Source: an uncultured Actinomycetota bacterium (GTDB lineage Bacteria > Actinomycetota > Actinomycetes > JAFAQI01). Taken from it: 64,000 nt of DNA. Each line of letters begins with the position of its first letter. Positions within the stretch are counted from its first letter, which is position 1. Below, piece after piece: positions 22,761 to 32,715 of this stretch. Under the pieces are notes generated by a model. It saw only the letters and a program-made list of their open reading frames with translations, was not told where the DNA came from and ran no database searches. The DNA lies in contig CAVYQE010000006.1 of NCBI GenBank assembly GCA_963770565.1, forward strand, positions 32,001-96,000. The letters run 5' to 3'. The position numbers and the translations under genes are program-made.

Positions 22761-25700
22761 TCAGGGCACCCGGTAGTGGGTCGAGCGGTGGCTGCTGGCG
22801 GCCTTCTCCGCGCCGCCGTGGACGGCGATGGTGACCACGACCGCGGTAAAGGTCAGCCGCTTGTGCCGCCACTTCTTGTGCTTGGCAAGCTTGATCAGCC
22901 ACCTCGACGTCACCGACCGCTTGCCGGTCGACAGGACCACCCGGTGCGTGGTGAGCAGCTTGTGCCCGTTGTGCACGAACCACACCGCGATCGCCTGGCT
23001 GCCCGCGGGCAGCTTCGGCAGCTTCATCTTGAGTACGGCGTCGATTGCCTTCTTGCCCTTCTTCGACACGTGCAGCGTGGTGATCTTCGCGCCGTGCGGC
23101 TTCGCAGTCAGGTTGTGCAGCGTGATCGTCTTCGTGCCGACCTTGACCTTCACCGTCCCGCCGCTGTGGCCCCAGCTGATGCTGTCGACGTGTGCGCTTT
23201 GGTTCGCGCCGAGTGCAATCGGCTTGCCGGTGAAGGTCTGCGGAAGCCCGCCCTTCGTGTTGCCCGACAGCGTGATCGTGAAGGTCGTTGCGGCGCCGGT
23301 GTGCGAGAGGGTCACTGCGCCCTTGCCGGCGCCGAGGGTCAGCGCGTCGGCTGACCCAGGCTTCGCCACGGTCACGCTGACGTCGTGCTCGTCGTTCGTG
23401 GCAGTCCGGGCAACGTCAAGCGTGACCGGGTTGGTCGTCGTACCGGTATAGCCGACCGTCCCCGCCTTTGAGTTGAAGCTGCCGCCCTGCTTCGCGCCAC
23501 TTGACGTCGAGGTCTGAACCTCGCCGGCGTAGGCGCCTTGGACGTAGGTCAGCGTCGCGCCGCCGGTCTTCGAGCCGGTGGTCGAGACCTTCAGGCTGCG
23601 CACGTGCTTCCCGACGTCGATGAGCTGGCCGACGCTCGCGGTCGAGCCGCTGACAAAGGCGGGCATCGGCATCGCGGCGAGCCGCGTCGACGGGTTCGTG
23701 TTCAACCCGCCGCCGGACCCGTAGAGCGTGCGTCCGCCGGAGGAGACCTGGGTGATGGCCGCTGCCGACGACCTGCTGGCGCTTCCCGGCGCGGAGTTGC
23801 TGCTGAACAGCGACCCTGGCACTGCCGCGCCGCTGAAGGATCCGAGGTGCGGGACCTTCGGGATGATCTGCGGGTCGGTCACGACCAGCCCACCGGGGCC
23901 GCCGTGGAACGGGGTCGTGCCGTCCTTCTCCGGCGTGCTCGCGAGCGACCACTGACCGTTCGTCGTCAGGTGGATCACCGCGTTGTTGACCGCGCTGGCG
24001 TGCCCGCTGCCGTCGGTGTTCTCGCTCGGCTGGAACTGGTCGTTGCTGTCGTAGACGTAGACGTCGAAGGTGCCGGTGCCGGTCTGCACGATGTCGTACG
24101 CGATCACGACGTGGCCCTCGCCGTTGTCGTTCATCTCGATCAGCGGGAACCGCCCGGCGCTCAGGACCTTCTCGATCTCGCCGGCGAGCGCCGGCGTCAC
24201 CGTGGATGGGTCGGAGATCTGCAATGCCTGTGCCGTCGGCCCCCACTGCGTCAGGAACTCGTCGCTGAGTTGCATGAGGTGGTCGGCTTTGAGTAGGTCG
24301 AGCACCGGCTGCACTCCGTGGTTCGCCTGCGCATCGTGGTCGGTGTCGGGCGCTGGTTGGTCGAAGATCGATGGGAGGTTGCCCGGAAGGCTGTCGATCC
24401 CTTCGAGCAGTCGCTGCGTGCTGAGCGAGAAGCCGAAGCACGTGCCGCTCTCCATCGAGGCCTGCGCGATTCCGAGGAAGATGTAGGCGGTCGGGTCGGG
24501 AACCACGTCCACCGAGCAGTGCCCGAAGCCCAGGGTGAAGAACCCGCAGGGGTCGATGTGGATGTAGGTCTGGTCGGTGCCATAGGCCTGGACCAGGTCG
24601 TCGAAGATCAGGTTCGGGTCGAAGTTGTGGAACTGCCAGCCGTTGGTGTTGCGGTAGCTGTCGACGACGAGCGCCGTCCCGCTCGCCGCGCTCGTCACGC
24701 TGGGCGAGCCGGCCTCGACGGTCACCGAGCCGCTGGTGGCCAGCCGCGGTGTCTCGATCCGGATGTAGTCATACGGACCCTGACCGCTGGACTTGTGCTG
24801 GACGGTCGCGGAGACACCTGCGTGGTCGTTGCCGACAAAGACCGTCGCCGTGTCGCAGAATCCGTGGCCGTAGACCTCGATCGTCGTACCGGGTCCTTGG
24901 GACCGAGGGGTCATGGCGAGCTTGCCGGCAACCGGGCCGTGACCGCCCGCGTCGATCGCATCAACGGCAGTGATGTCCGGCGCCTCGCGCGTCACACTGA
25001 TGTTCACCGTTGCGCTGTCGCCGTTGATCAGGAGCGCGGTCACCTTCAAGGTGGTGTTGACGCCGCCGCCAGTGCTCGAGACGTGCACCGAGGTGTCGGC
25101 GAGCCCGCTGGAGATCGTGATCGGTGTGGTTGCGCTTGCGGTCAGCCCGGTGGTGACCGGGAGGAACGAGGTCGAGAACGCGACGGTCGATCCCGGCTCA
25201 CCCGGAGCGACCTGTGCCTCCACGGTGAACGTGTTGGACTCGCACGTCTGCGACGTGATGCCGGTCGGAGCGGCGAACGAGATCGGCGTGATCACGTCGA
25301 TGTGCACGGTATTGGATGGCTGCGAGTTCGTGTCCGTCGCCGACGCCGAGATCGTGAGTGGCACGTCGGTGAGCGGCGCCGTATGGTCGGCGCTCACCGT
25401 CAATGTGGACGAGTTGCCGGTGCCGGGGTCGGTCGCGGACCCGGTGACGTGTGCGGTGAAGCCCTCGACGTCGATGTCGACATCGCCGGTAGCGCCGTTG
25501 ATGCGGTGGATGGTGAGCGGGATCTGGATCGTACCGTCCTTCCCGACCTCGTAGCTGCCGGCGCTCGCGGAGACACCGACCGTCGGGACCGAGCCCGCCG
25601 GTACGGAGACCGAGAAGTCATCGATATCAAGCGGGACCGCGTCGAATGGCCCTCGCTGATACACGTCGAAGTAAGCAATGTCCTTACCCGCGGGGGCGGT

Positions 25701-26201
25701 GAAGCTCATCAGCTCGCTCGCGCCTGCGCTCGTCGTCGTCAAGGTCGAGTCGCCGAGATAGTCACGGTTCGCGTCGTAGGCGTCCAGCTCGAGCTGCTCG
25801 CCGGTGCCGCCCTGATCGCCGACGTACACCGACATCTCGTCCGCGGTGTAGTTGAGCAGGCCAAAGACGCCCGTTCCGCAGAACTCGGTCCCGCAATAGA
25901 TCAGGCCGCTGTTGGTGCCGTCATGTGCCCCGGACGCCGCGACCAGCGGGTTTCCGCTCGCGAGCACGACCACGCCGTCGCTCGGGTTCACCCCGAAGGT
26001 AAAGCCGTCGCCTGCGACGTGGAACGAGTCGAAGGTGACGAACGGGTATTGGTTGGTGATCTCGGTGCCCGCCGAGTAGGCCTCGAAGTCGGCCGTGAAC
26101 GTCGTGTCGGCCACCGCGTCGCTGATGTGCGCGACTTGAACCGCCGGGGTCAGTGCGACCATGAGCGCGGTGACTGTCAGCAGGGTCGAGTATCGGCGCA
26201 T
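22761..26201 (-). CDS. Large secreted multidomain beta-rich protein
   Basis: Signal peptide, Ig-like segments, central GTCFGFS / GHVVIAY / VYDSN (possible Cys-His-Asp protease-like domain), Lys-rich C-terminal domain. Confidence 0.75.
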   Translation of the reverse strand: MRRYSTLLTVTALMVALTPAVQVAHISDAVADTTFTADFEAYSAGTEITNQYPFVTFDSFHVAGDGFTFGVNPSDGVVVLASGNPLVAASGAHDGTNSGLIYCGTEFCGTGVFGLLNYTADEMSVYVGDQGGTGEQLELDAYDANRDYLGDSTLTTTSAGASELMSFTAPAGKDIAYFDVYQRGPFDAVPLDIDDFSVSVPAGSVPTVGVSASAGSYEVGKDGTIQIPLTIHRINGATGDVDIDVEGFTAHVTGSATDPGTGNSSTLTVSADHTAPLTDVPLTISASATDTNSQPSNTVHIDVITPISFAAPTGITSQTCESNTFTVEAQVAPGEPGSTVAFSTSFLPVTTGLTASATTPITISSGLADTSVHVSSTGGGVNTTLKVTALLINGDSATVNISVTREAPDITAVDAIDAGGHGPVAGKLAMTPRSQGPGTTIEVYGHGFCDTATVFVGNDHAGVSATVQHKSSGQGPYDYIRIETPRLATSGSVTVEAGSPSVTSAASGTALVVDSYRNTNGWQFHNFDPNLIFDDLVQAYGTDQTYIHIDPCGFFTLGFGHCSVDVVPDPTAYIFLGIAQASMESGTCFGFSLSTQRLLEGIDSLPGNLPSIFDQPAPDTDHDAQANHGVQPVLDLLKADHLMQLSDEFLTQWGPTAQALQISDPSTVTPALAGEIEKVLSAGRFPLIEMNDNGEGHVVIAYDIVQTGTGTFDVYVYDSNDQFQPSENTDGSGHASAVNNAVIHLTTNGQWSLASTPEKDGTTPFHGGPGGLVVTDPQIIPKVPHLGSFSGAAVPGSLFSSNSAPGSASRSSAAAITQVSSGGRTLYGSGGGLNTNPSTRLAAMPMPAFVSGSTASVGQLIDVGKHVRSLKVSTTGSKTGGATLTYVQGAYAGEVQTSTSSGAKQGGSFNSKAGTVGYTGTTTNPVTLDVARTATNDEHDVSVTVAKPGSADALTLGAGKGAVTLSHTGAATTFTITLSGNTKGGLPQTFTGKPIALGANQSAHVDSISWGHSGGTVKVKVGTKTITLHNLTAKPHGAKITTLHVSKKGKKAIDAVLKMKLPKLPAGSQAIAVWFVHNGHKLLTTHRVVLSTGKRSVTSRWLIKLAKHKKWRHKRLTFTAVVVTIAVHGGAEKAASSHRSTHYRVP

Positions 26202-26366
26202 GGCACACCCCCAGCGTGCTCGCCGGGCTGCCCCACCCGGCAGGTGCTGGGGACGCTACTCGTTACCGATCGCTTCCGCACCTGCCTGTCGGGTGAACCC
26301 GGGCGGCGCCTGCGGCCCGGTTGCTCCGGCGTATCGTCGACGGCGACTGGAAAGGGCTCAGATCAG

Positions 26367-27113
26367 GTGGCTGATGGCGCTCGACTGAAGGTGGAGCCGA
26401 CGGCGAAGCGGATTCGCGGCTTCGTCGGGGGTCAGCTCGCGTTCGACACGACATCGGCGCTGATGGTCTGGGAGAGCCGCTCCTACCCGGCGTACTACCT
26501 GCCGCTGAAGGACATCGTCGGCGAGCTCCGACCGAACGGCGAGAGCCGGCACTCCCCGAGCCGGGGCGAGGCCGAGATCCTCGACCTGCATCTCGGTGCG
26601 GCCGTGCGACCCGCCGCCGGATGGCGCTATCCCGACTCGCCGATCGAGGCCATTCGCGAGCATGTCCGGTTCGAGTGGTCGGCGTTGGACGAGTGGCTCG
26701 AGGAGGACGAGCCGGTTTACACCCACCCGCGCGATCCCTACACGCGGGTCGACATCCTCCAGTCGTCGCGACACGTGCGGGTCGTGGTCGACGGGGTCGA
26801 TGTCGCGGACAGCCGGGCTCCGCACATCCTGTTCGAGACCGGTCTGCCGCCTCGCTACTACCTGCCGATGTCGGACCTGCGCCTCGACCTGCTGACGCCG
26901 ACCGACTCCGAGAGCCACTGCCCGTACAAGGGTGTCGCGACGTACTGGAGTCTCACCGTCAACGACAAGAGGTACGACGACTTCGTCTGGTGTTACCGGA
27001 CGCCGCTTCCCGAGTCGCAGAAGATCGCCGGCCTGCTCTGCTTCTACAACGAGAAGGTGGAGCTCTGGGTCGATGGTGTGCGCCAGGAGCAGCCGCATAC
27101 GAAGTTCTCCTGA
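26367..27113 (+). CDS. DUF427 domain protein (tandem domains)
   Basis: YPAYYLP, HPRDPYTRVD, LFETGLPPRYYLP, HCPYKGVATYW. Confidence 0.9.
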   Translation: MADGARLKVEPTAKRIRGFVGGQLAFDTTSALMVWESRSYPAYYLPLKDIVGELRPNGESRHSPSRGEAEILDLHLGAAVRPAAGWRYPDSPIEAIREHVRFEWSALDEWLEEDEPVYTHPRDPYTRVDILQSSRHVRVVVDGVDVADSRAPHILFETGLPPRYYLPMSDLRLDLLTPTDSESHCPYKGVATYWSLTVNDKRYDDFVWCYRTPLPESQKIAGLLCFYNEKVELWVDGVRQEQPHTKFS

Positions 27114-27260
27114 ACCGCAAGCAGCGCCGCGTGGGCGGTGGCGTCAGGGAGCCGCCGGTTTTCCCGGGTGAGCCGTCACGAACGCGTCAGATTCGTTGCT
27201 GACCGTGGGTCGGCAGCGTTCACTGGTTCCGGTGGTGTTCATTGCCTCCGGGAGACGAAT

Positions 27261-27788
27261 ATGGTGCAAACAAAGGAAGACCGAGCCAGCCGCGTGGTCG
27301 TCGGTGTGCATGGCTCGTTGACCAGCTTGGCCGCTCTGCGGTCGGCGCTGGAGATTGCCCGGGACCGCGATGCCGTGCTGGTCCCAGTACTGACGTGGGC
27401 GCCGGTCGGCGGTGAGATGGCGTATCGCCGAGCACCATGCGGTCAGTTACTTCACGTGTGGCGGGCCAAGGCCCAGGAACGACTGGACACCGCGTTCGAC
27501 GAAGCGCTCGGTGGCTATCCGAGCGATGTCGAGGTCTTCCGGCAGGTTGCCCGCGCCACCGCCGGGCCGGCGCTCGTCGAGCTCGCCGAAGAGCCCGGCG
27601 ACGTACTGGTCGTCGGTGCCGGGCGGCACCGGGTCTTGGGCCGGCGGCTGCCGGGTCCGACCACCCGCTATTGCATCGCGCATGCCGCCTGCCCGGTCCT
27701 ACTGGTGCCCCCGCCCGAGCTGCTGCAGCACTCCGAGGGCCACCTGCGGCACTGGGGCAAGACGCTGACCGCCGGTAGCCCGAACTAG
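27261..27788 (+). CDS. Universal stress protein
   Basis: RVVVGVHGS, DVLVVGAG, HAACPVLLVP; GGAG RBS upstream. Confidence 0.85.
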   Translation: MVQTKEDRASRVVVGVHGSLTSLAALRSALEIARDRDAVLVPVLTWAPVGGEMAYRRAPCGQLLHVWRAKAQERLDTAFDEALGGYPSDVEVFRQVARATAGPALVELAEEPGDVLVVGAGRHRVLGRRLPGPTTRYCIAHAACPVLLVPPPELLQHSEGHLRHWGKTLTAGSPN

Positions 27789-27904
27789 CGGTGGCCTGTC
27801 CGTCGGGTGACGGATCGCGTTGAGCACGAGTTGCGGGTCCGCTTCTGACGTCAGTGGGGCGTTGGCTCGTCGATCGCAGCTTGCGCCCGCTAGCAATGTC
27901 CTGA

Positions 27905-27929
27905 TACTTTCATAACCATAATGAAAGTA
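27905..27929. promoter_or_regulatory. Probable MarR operator
   Basis: Perfect 9-bp inverted repeat TACTTTCAT-N7-ATGAAAGTA overlapping the start of the MFS-marR operon. Confidence 0.7.
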
Positions 27930-29414
27930 GAAACGACTGCGCGATCCGGGCTGCCGCCTGACGTCGCGATCCACGAGCTCGGCCGTGGCCGGCGGATCGG
28001 CATCTTGCTGATCTGCTGTATGAGCCTGCTGATCGTCGGGCTCGACGTGACGATCGTGAACGTCGCGCTCCCGTCGATCGGCCGGGAGCTGCACGGCAGC
28101 ATTTCCGGCCTGCAGTGGACGCTCGACGCGTACACGCTCGTGCTGGCCAGCCTGTTGATGCTGTCGGGCTCGACCGCCGACCGGTTGGGTCGCAAGCGCA
28201 CCTTCGTGATCGGGCTGATCGTGTTCTCACTGGGTTCGCTGCTGTGCAGCCTCGCACCGAGCCTGGTCTTCCTCGTTGTGTTCCGGATGGTCCAGGCGAT
28301 CGGCGGGTCGATGCTCAACCCGGTCGCGATGTCGATCATCACCAACACGTTCACCGACCCACGCGAGCGCGCTCAGGCGGTCGGCGTCTGGGGCTCCGTG
28401 GTCGGCATCTCGATGGCGCTCGGCCCGGTCGTGGGCGGCCTGCTCGTGAGCTCGGCCGGCTGGCGGTCGATCTTCTGGATCAACCTCCCGGTCGGTCTGG
28501 TCGCGATCGTGCTGGCGTTGCGCTACATCCCGGAGTCGCGCGCACCGCGACCGCGCCGGTTCGACCCGGCCGGTCAGGCGCTGATGGGCGTGCTGCTCGC
28601 CACGCTGACCTACGCGATCATCGAGGCGCCGCGGCGCGGCTGGACCTCGCCGCTCATCCTCGCGGCGCTCGCCATCGCAGCCGCTGCGTTGGTCGGCTTC
28701 CTGATCGCGGAGTCCCGTTGCGAAGAGCCGTTGATCAACCTGCGGTTCTTCCGGTCGGTGCCGTTCGTGTGCGCGACGCTCACCGCGGTGACGTCATTCG
28801 CCGCGCTCGGCGGCTTCCTGCTGGTCAACACCTTGTATCTCCAGGACGTGCGCGGTCTGTCCCCGCTCGACGCCGGACTCGACACGCTGCCGCTGGCGCT
28901 GGTGATCATGGTCGCGTCCCCGATCTCCGGGCGGCTGGTCGGCAGCCGTGGGCCTCGCTTGCCGCTGATGGCGTCCGGTCTCGGCATCCTGGTCGCCTGC
29001 GCGATGCTTGCGACGATCACGCCGACCACGTCGTTCGTGACGCTGTTCACGGCGTACGTCGTACTCGGGCTCGGGTTCGGTTCGGTCAATGCGCCGATCA
29101 CAACGGCCGCGGTCTCGGGGATGCCGCGGGCGCAGGCGGGTGTCGCGTCCGCGATCGCATCGACGTCGCGGCAGGTCGGCCTGACGCTCGGCGTCGCGGT
29201 CGTCGGGTCGCTGGTGACGTCCCGGCTCGGGCCGTCGACCCATGCCAACCTCGCGACCGCGAGCCACGTCGGGTGGTGGGTGTTGGCAGGGTGTGGTGCC
29301 GCGGTCATCGGCCTTGGCGAGCTGTCGGCATCACGGCGGGCACTGGAGTCGGCTCGCCGTACCGCGGTGGAGCTCAATCCGGAGGCACTCGGCGCGGACG
29401 GACTCACCCGATGA
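27921..29414 (+). CDS. MFS efflux transporter, DHA2 (EmrB/QacA) family
   Basis: LDVTIVNVALPSI, LQWTLDAY, ADRLGRK, GPVVGG, WRSIFWINLP; ~14 TM. Confidence 0.92.
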   Translation: MKVETTARSGLPPDVAIHELGRGRRIGILLICCMSLLIVGLDVTIVNVALPSIGRELHGSISGLQWTLDAYTLVLASLLMLSGSTADRLGRKRTFVIGLIVFSLGSLLCSLAPSLVFLVVFRMVQAIGGSMLNPVAMSIITNTFTDPRERAQAVGVWGSVVGISMALGPVVGGLLVSSAGWRSIFWINLPVGLVAIVLALRYIPESRAPRPRRFDPAGQALMGVLLATLTYAIIEAPRRGWTSPLILAALAIAAAALVGFLIAESRCEEPLINLRFFRSVPFVCATLTAVTSFAALGGFLLVNTLYLQDVRGLSPLDAGLDTLPLALVIMVASPISGRLVGSRGPRLPLMASGLGILVACAMLATITPTTSFVTLFTAYVVLGLGFGSVNAPITTAAVSGMPRAQAGVASAIASTSRQVGLTLGVAVVGSLVTSRLGPSTHANLATASHVGWWVLAGCGAAVIGLGELSASRRALESARRTAVELNPEALGADGLTR

Positions 29415-29857
29415 CCGGCTCACCCGCCGACCCGGCCCGCGGATCGGTCGATGCGCGCGAAGTGTGGGCGATGCTGTGCGAGCTCGTGCTCGACAACGTG
29501 CGTCGCCGCGAGGTGGCGGAGACGCTGGGCCTGAGCTTCAGCCGGATCCGGGCGATCCGGCGGATCGCACGTCAACCGATGTCGATGGGTGAGCTCGCCC
29601 GTGCCCTCGATATCGATCCGCCGAACGCGACCACGATGGTCGACGAGCTCGAGGCGCTCGGGCTGGCCAAGCGGCGGCCGCATCCCACCGACCGGCGGGC
29701 GAAGGTCGTGGAGGCGACCCGCAAAGGTGCGCAGCTCGCGCGTCGCGCCGACGAGATCCTCAGTACGCCGCCGGCGGCGATCAACGACCTCGATCCGAAA
29801 GACATCGACGAACTGCGCCGGATCCTCGGCAGCGTTTCCGTCGCTCGCCGGTCCTGA
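29411..29857 (+). CDS. MarR family transcriptional regulator
   Basis: MGELARALDIDPPNATTMVDELEALGL..RRPHPTDRR; ATGA overlap with the MFS gene. Confidence 0.9.
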   Translation: MTGSPADPARGSVDAREVWAMLCELVLDNVRRREVAETLGLSFSRIRAIRRIARQPMSMGELARALDIDPPNATTMVDELEALGLAKRRPHPTDRRAKVVEATRKGAQLARRADEILSTPPAAINDLDPKDIDELRRILGSVSVARRS

Positions 29858-29927
29858 TCGTTTGAGCCGTCGAAGCCCTTTCGCTGTGCGACGATCCGGT
29901 TGGCCCATGCGGCGGGGGAGGTGGTCG

Positions 29928-30509
29928 ATGAACGCACGAAGGAGATCCGCCGCGCTGGCCCTCGCCGCCATCGCGTGTGTGGCCGCACTCTCAGGTTGTG
30001 GTGCTGGCGGGCCCACCGGTCACCCGGTGGCGTCCACCCGGCCGACCCCCAGCGAGGACCCGGCGTCCCGAAACGCGGTCGACGCGGTGTTCTCGATCAC
30101 AGATACCGCGATCCGCACGATCGCCCACATCAAGAAGCCGCAGTTGCTCGACAGCCAGTTCAACGCGATGACACAAGCGGGCGGCGAGATGCTGTCCGCA
30201 GCCTTCGGGATCACGCCGCCGCCCACCGGGGTGCCGTCGCCTGTTGCGCGCACGGTGTACCAGCGGATGCTCACGTTCGGTCGCGCGCTCCAGCACGGGG
30301 CAGCCTGCTTGTCGAGGCGGTACCGCCCGAAGCACGCGAACTATCGCCCCTGCTTCGCTCCGTTCGACAAGGGCGGCCGCTCGTTTGACGATCTCGTCCT
30401 TCTGGTCAAGGCCGTGATCTCGCTCGAACCGTACGGGTCACCGTCGGCGGGTGCGCAGTTCAGGCAGTTGTTCGAGAGCTCCCTTCCGAAGACCGCATTG
30501 TCGGCGTAG
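29928..30509 (+). CDS. Putative lipoprotein
   Basis: GGAGG RBS; basic N-terminus, hydrophobic stretch and lipobox LSGC. Confidence 0.65.
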   Translation: MNARRRSAALALAAIACVAALSGCGAGGPTGHPVASTRPTPSEDPASRNAVDAVFSITDTAIRTIAHIKKPQLLDSQFNAMTQAGGEMLSAAFGITPPPTGVPSPVARTVYQRMLTFGRALQHGAACLSRRYRPKHANYRPCFAPFDKGGRSFDDLVLLVKAVISLEPYGSPSAGAQFRQLFESSLPKTALSA

Positions 30510-30539
30510 CCGACGCGGCCCGTGCCGAGGGCTCGACGG

Positions 30540-32564
30540 CTAGTGCTTCTTGTGGTGCTTCTTCGGTGGCTTGAGCTCGTAGGCTCCGATGTCGCACCTC
30601 GGGCCCTGCGGGCGGTGCACGCCGCGCTGGTCGGTCTTGATCGGGCAGGCCGACACCGGTACGGCGTTGACCGCCGGGCTGGTCTTCTTCAACGCCAGGG
30701 TTTCGGTCGGGCCGCCGTTGGCATGCAGGGCCTCGAGCTCGGGGCTCACGCCGATCTTGTCGGTCCCCTTCTTGGCGTAGGCGCAGCCGGTCTTCGTACC
30801 GAGCAGGTCGTAGCCGGTGGAGAGGACCGTCCCGAAGCAGTCACGCCCCTCCGACGCGATCGGTGTGCTGTTGTCGGCCAGGATGGTCGCGGTCACGTGC
30901 ACGGCGCCTGTACTGACGTAGAGGCCGCCGCCGGCGATCGCCGCGGTGCCCCCACCGCCCACCGTGTTGCGCGCCAGCGTCGAGTCCGTGACCTTCAGCG
31001 GTATTCCATCGTCGAAGACCCCGCCGCCGTCGATGACCGAGCCGGAGGCCCCGCTGGTCTTCGCAGCGAGCGTGTTGCCGGTGATCGTGGAGTCGGAGAC
31101 CTGATCGGTCGGAGTGGTTGTCGATCCACCACTCGGGTTGAGATCGAGGGCGCCGCCCGAGAGCTGCGCTGACGACACCTTCCCAAAATTCGCGACGTTG
31201 TCGGAGATCGTCGTGTGGGTGATGGTCGTGCTGGCCTCGCTGTAGATGGCACCGCCGTCCATCTCGGCGTCGGTCGTTGACCCGGTGCTCCGCACCGATG
31301 TCCCGGCGACGCTGTCGTGATCCAGGGTCAGCGTGAACGTGCCGGTGGCGCCGGCCTGATCGAACACCGCGCCCCCTTGCCAGTTCTCGTTCGGGGCCTT
31401 GATGGTCAGCGTCGTACCGATGATCGGCGTGTGGCTGATCGTCACCTTGCCGAAGGCATCGACGGCTCCACCCGTGCCGACGATGAGATCCGCGGATGCC
31501 CCCCGTGCGCGCGAACCGGCGATGCGCGAGTCCACGATCGTGCCTGACTTTGTGGCGTTCATCGACAGCGCGGCGGAGTCCAGGTCCACCTCGGTGCCCG
31601 GGCCGGTCGCATGCCCGAGGAGCTCATCGTTGTCGAACGTGGAGTCGGTGACACTGACCCGGGCTCCGAGGAGGAGGGCCCCACCGCTGTCGGCCTCGCT
31701 TGCGTCGCCCCCGGCCTCGTCGCTGCCGGCGACATTGCGGTCGAAGTGCGACCCCTCGACCGTGGCGGAGCCGCTCACGCTGATGTAGTCGAGACCGCCG
31801 GCCTTGCTGGTCGAGAAGGCGCTGCCTCCACTGCTTCCCGCGTGGTTGGCGTCCACGGTTGTTGCCTGCACGATCAGTTCGCTGCCGTCCGCGTAGATCC
31901 CGCCACCGAGGGAAGCAGCATCCAACCCGCTTTCCGCGTCAGCCTGATTCGCGGTAACGGTCGAGTGAATGACCTCCAGCCGCCCGGAGGTCCACATGCC
32001 CCCGCCTTCCGCCACGCTGATTTCGCCGGCCGACCCGTACTGCGCAGCCAGGGTTCGGTTGCCCTCGACCGTGCTCGACGTCAGGGTCAACGAGCCTCCG
32101 GAGGCATAGATCCCGCCGCCCTTGGCCAAGGCTTCGGTGCCCGGGGCGGCGGTTGCGTCGTACGCAAGATTGTCGGCGACGACCACATGGCTCAGGTGCA
32201 GGACGGCCGAGCTGGGCGCCGAGATGCCACCGCCGAGCGATGCAAGCCCGTCGGTGATCGTGAGGTGCTCGAGCGTCACCTTCGCGGCCCCGGTGATCGT
32301 CAGCGTGGTGCCGATCCCGCCACCGTCCAGGGTGGCCGCTGGCGCGCCGGTGACCGTCAGGTTCACGCCGATCGTGAAGTTGCCGACGCAGATGCCCTTG
32401 ACGTGCACCGTCGAGCCGGGCGCTGCCGCCGACAGTGCCGGCTGGAGTTGCGACGGGCCGCAGTTGACGGTGACCGAGGCGGCTGCGGGCGTCAGCACCA
32501 GCCAGCCCGACGCCGCCACCATGCCGGCTACAAGCGCGATTCGAGTCCATCCGGCACTGACCAC
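30540..32564 (-). CDS. Secreted beta-helix repeat protein with C-terminal choice-of-anchor Q-like domain
   Basis: Signal peptide, repeated GGGI/N-x-A motifs, NGGPTETLAL..SPAVN, DQRGVHRPQGPRCDIGAYE. Confidence 0.8.
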   Translation of the reverse strand: MVSAGWTRIALVAGMVAASGWLVLTPAAASVTVNCGPSQLQPALSAAAPGSTVHVKGICVGNFTIGVNLTVTGAPAATLDGGGIGTTLTITGAAKVTLEHLTITDGLASLGGGISAPSSAVLHLSHVVVADNLAYDATAAPGTEALAKGGGIYASGGSLTLTSSTVEGNRTLAAQYGSAGEISVAEGGGMWTSGRLEVIHSTVTANQADAESGLDAASLGGGIYADGSELIVQATTVDANHAGSSGGSAFSTSKAGGLDYISVSGSATVEGSHFDRNVAGSDEAGGDASEADSGGALLLGARVSVTDSTFDNDELLGHATGPGTEVDLDSAALSMNATKSGTIVDSRIAGSRARGASADLIVGTGGAVDAFGKVTISHTPIIGTTLTIKAPNENWQGGAVFDQAGATGTFTLTLDHDSVAGTSVRSTGSTTDAEMDGGAIYSEASTTITHTTISDNVANFGKVSSAQLSGGALDLNPSGGSTTTPTDQVSDSTITGNTLAAKTSGASGSVIDGGGVFDDGIPLKVTDSTLARNTVGGGGTAAIAGGGLYVSTGAVHVTATILADNSTPIASEGRDCFGTVLSTGYDLLGTKTGCAYAKKGTDKIGVSPELEALHANGGPTETLALKKTSPAVNAVPVSACPIKTDQRGVHRPQGPRCDIGAYELKPPKKHHKKH

Positions 32565-32715
32565 GACAGAACCCCTTTCGGCGGCCCAATACTGGCAGCC
32601 AGCCAGCGCCCCAACAAGCGGCCCGACGTCGATCAGCGCTGGCCGCACTCGGCACCGCGATACTGGCGGTTACCCACTTGAAAAACCGGGGCCGGTCAGT
32701 AGCGTCATCCAGATC

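Noticed and set aside
24318-26366. 931-aa ORF overlapping the large secreted protein
   Set aside because: Antisense shadow typical of high-GC DNA; only the last ~248 codons (DUF427) are credible.
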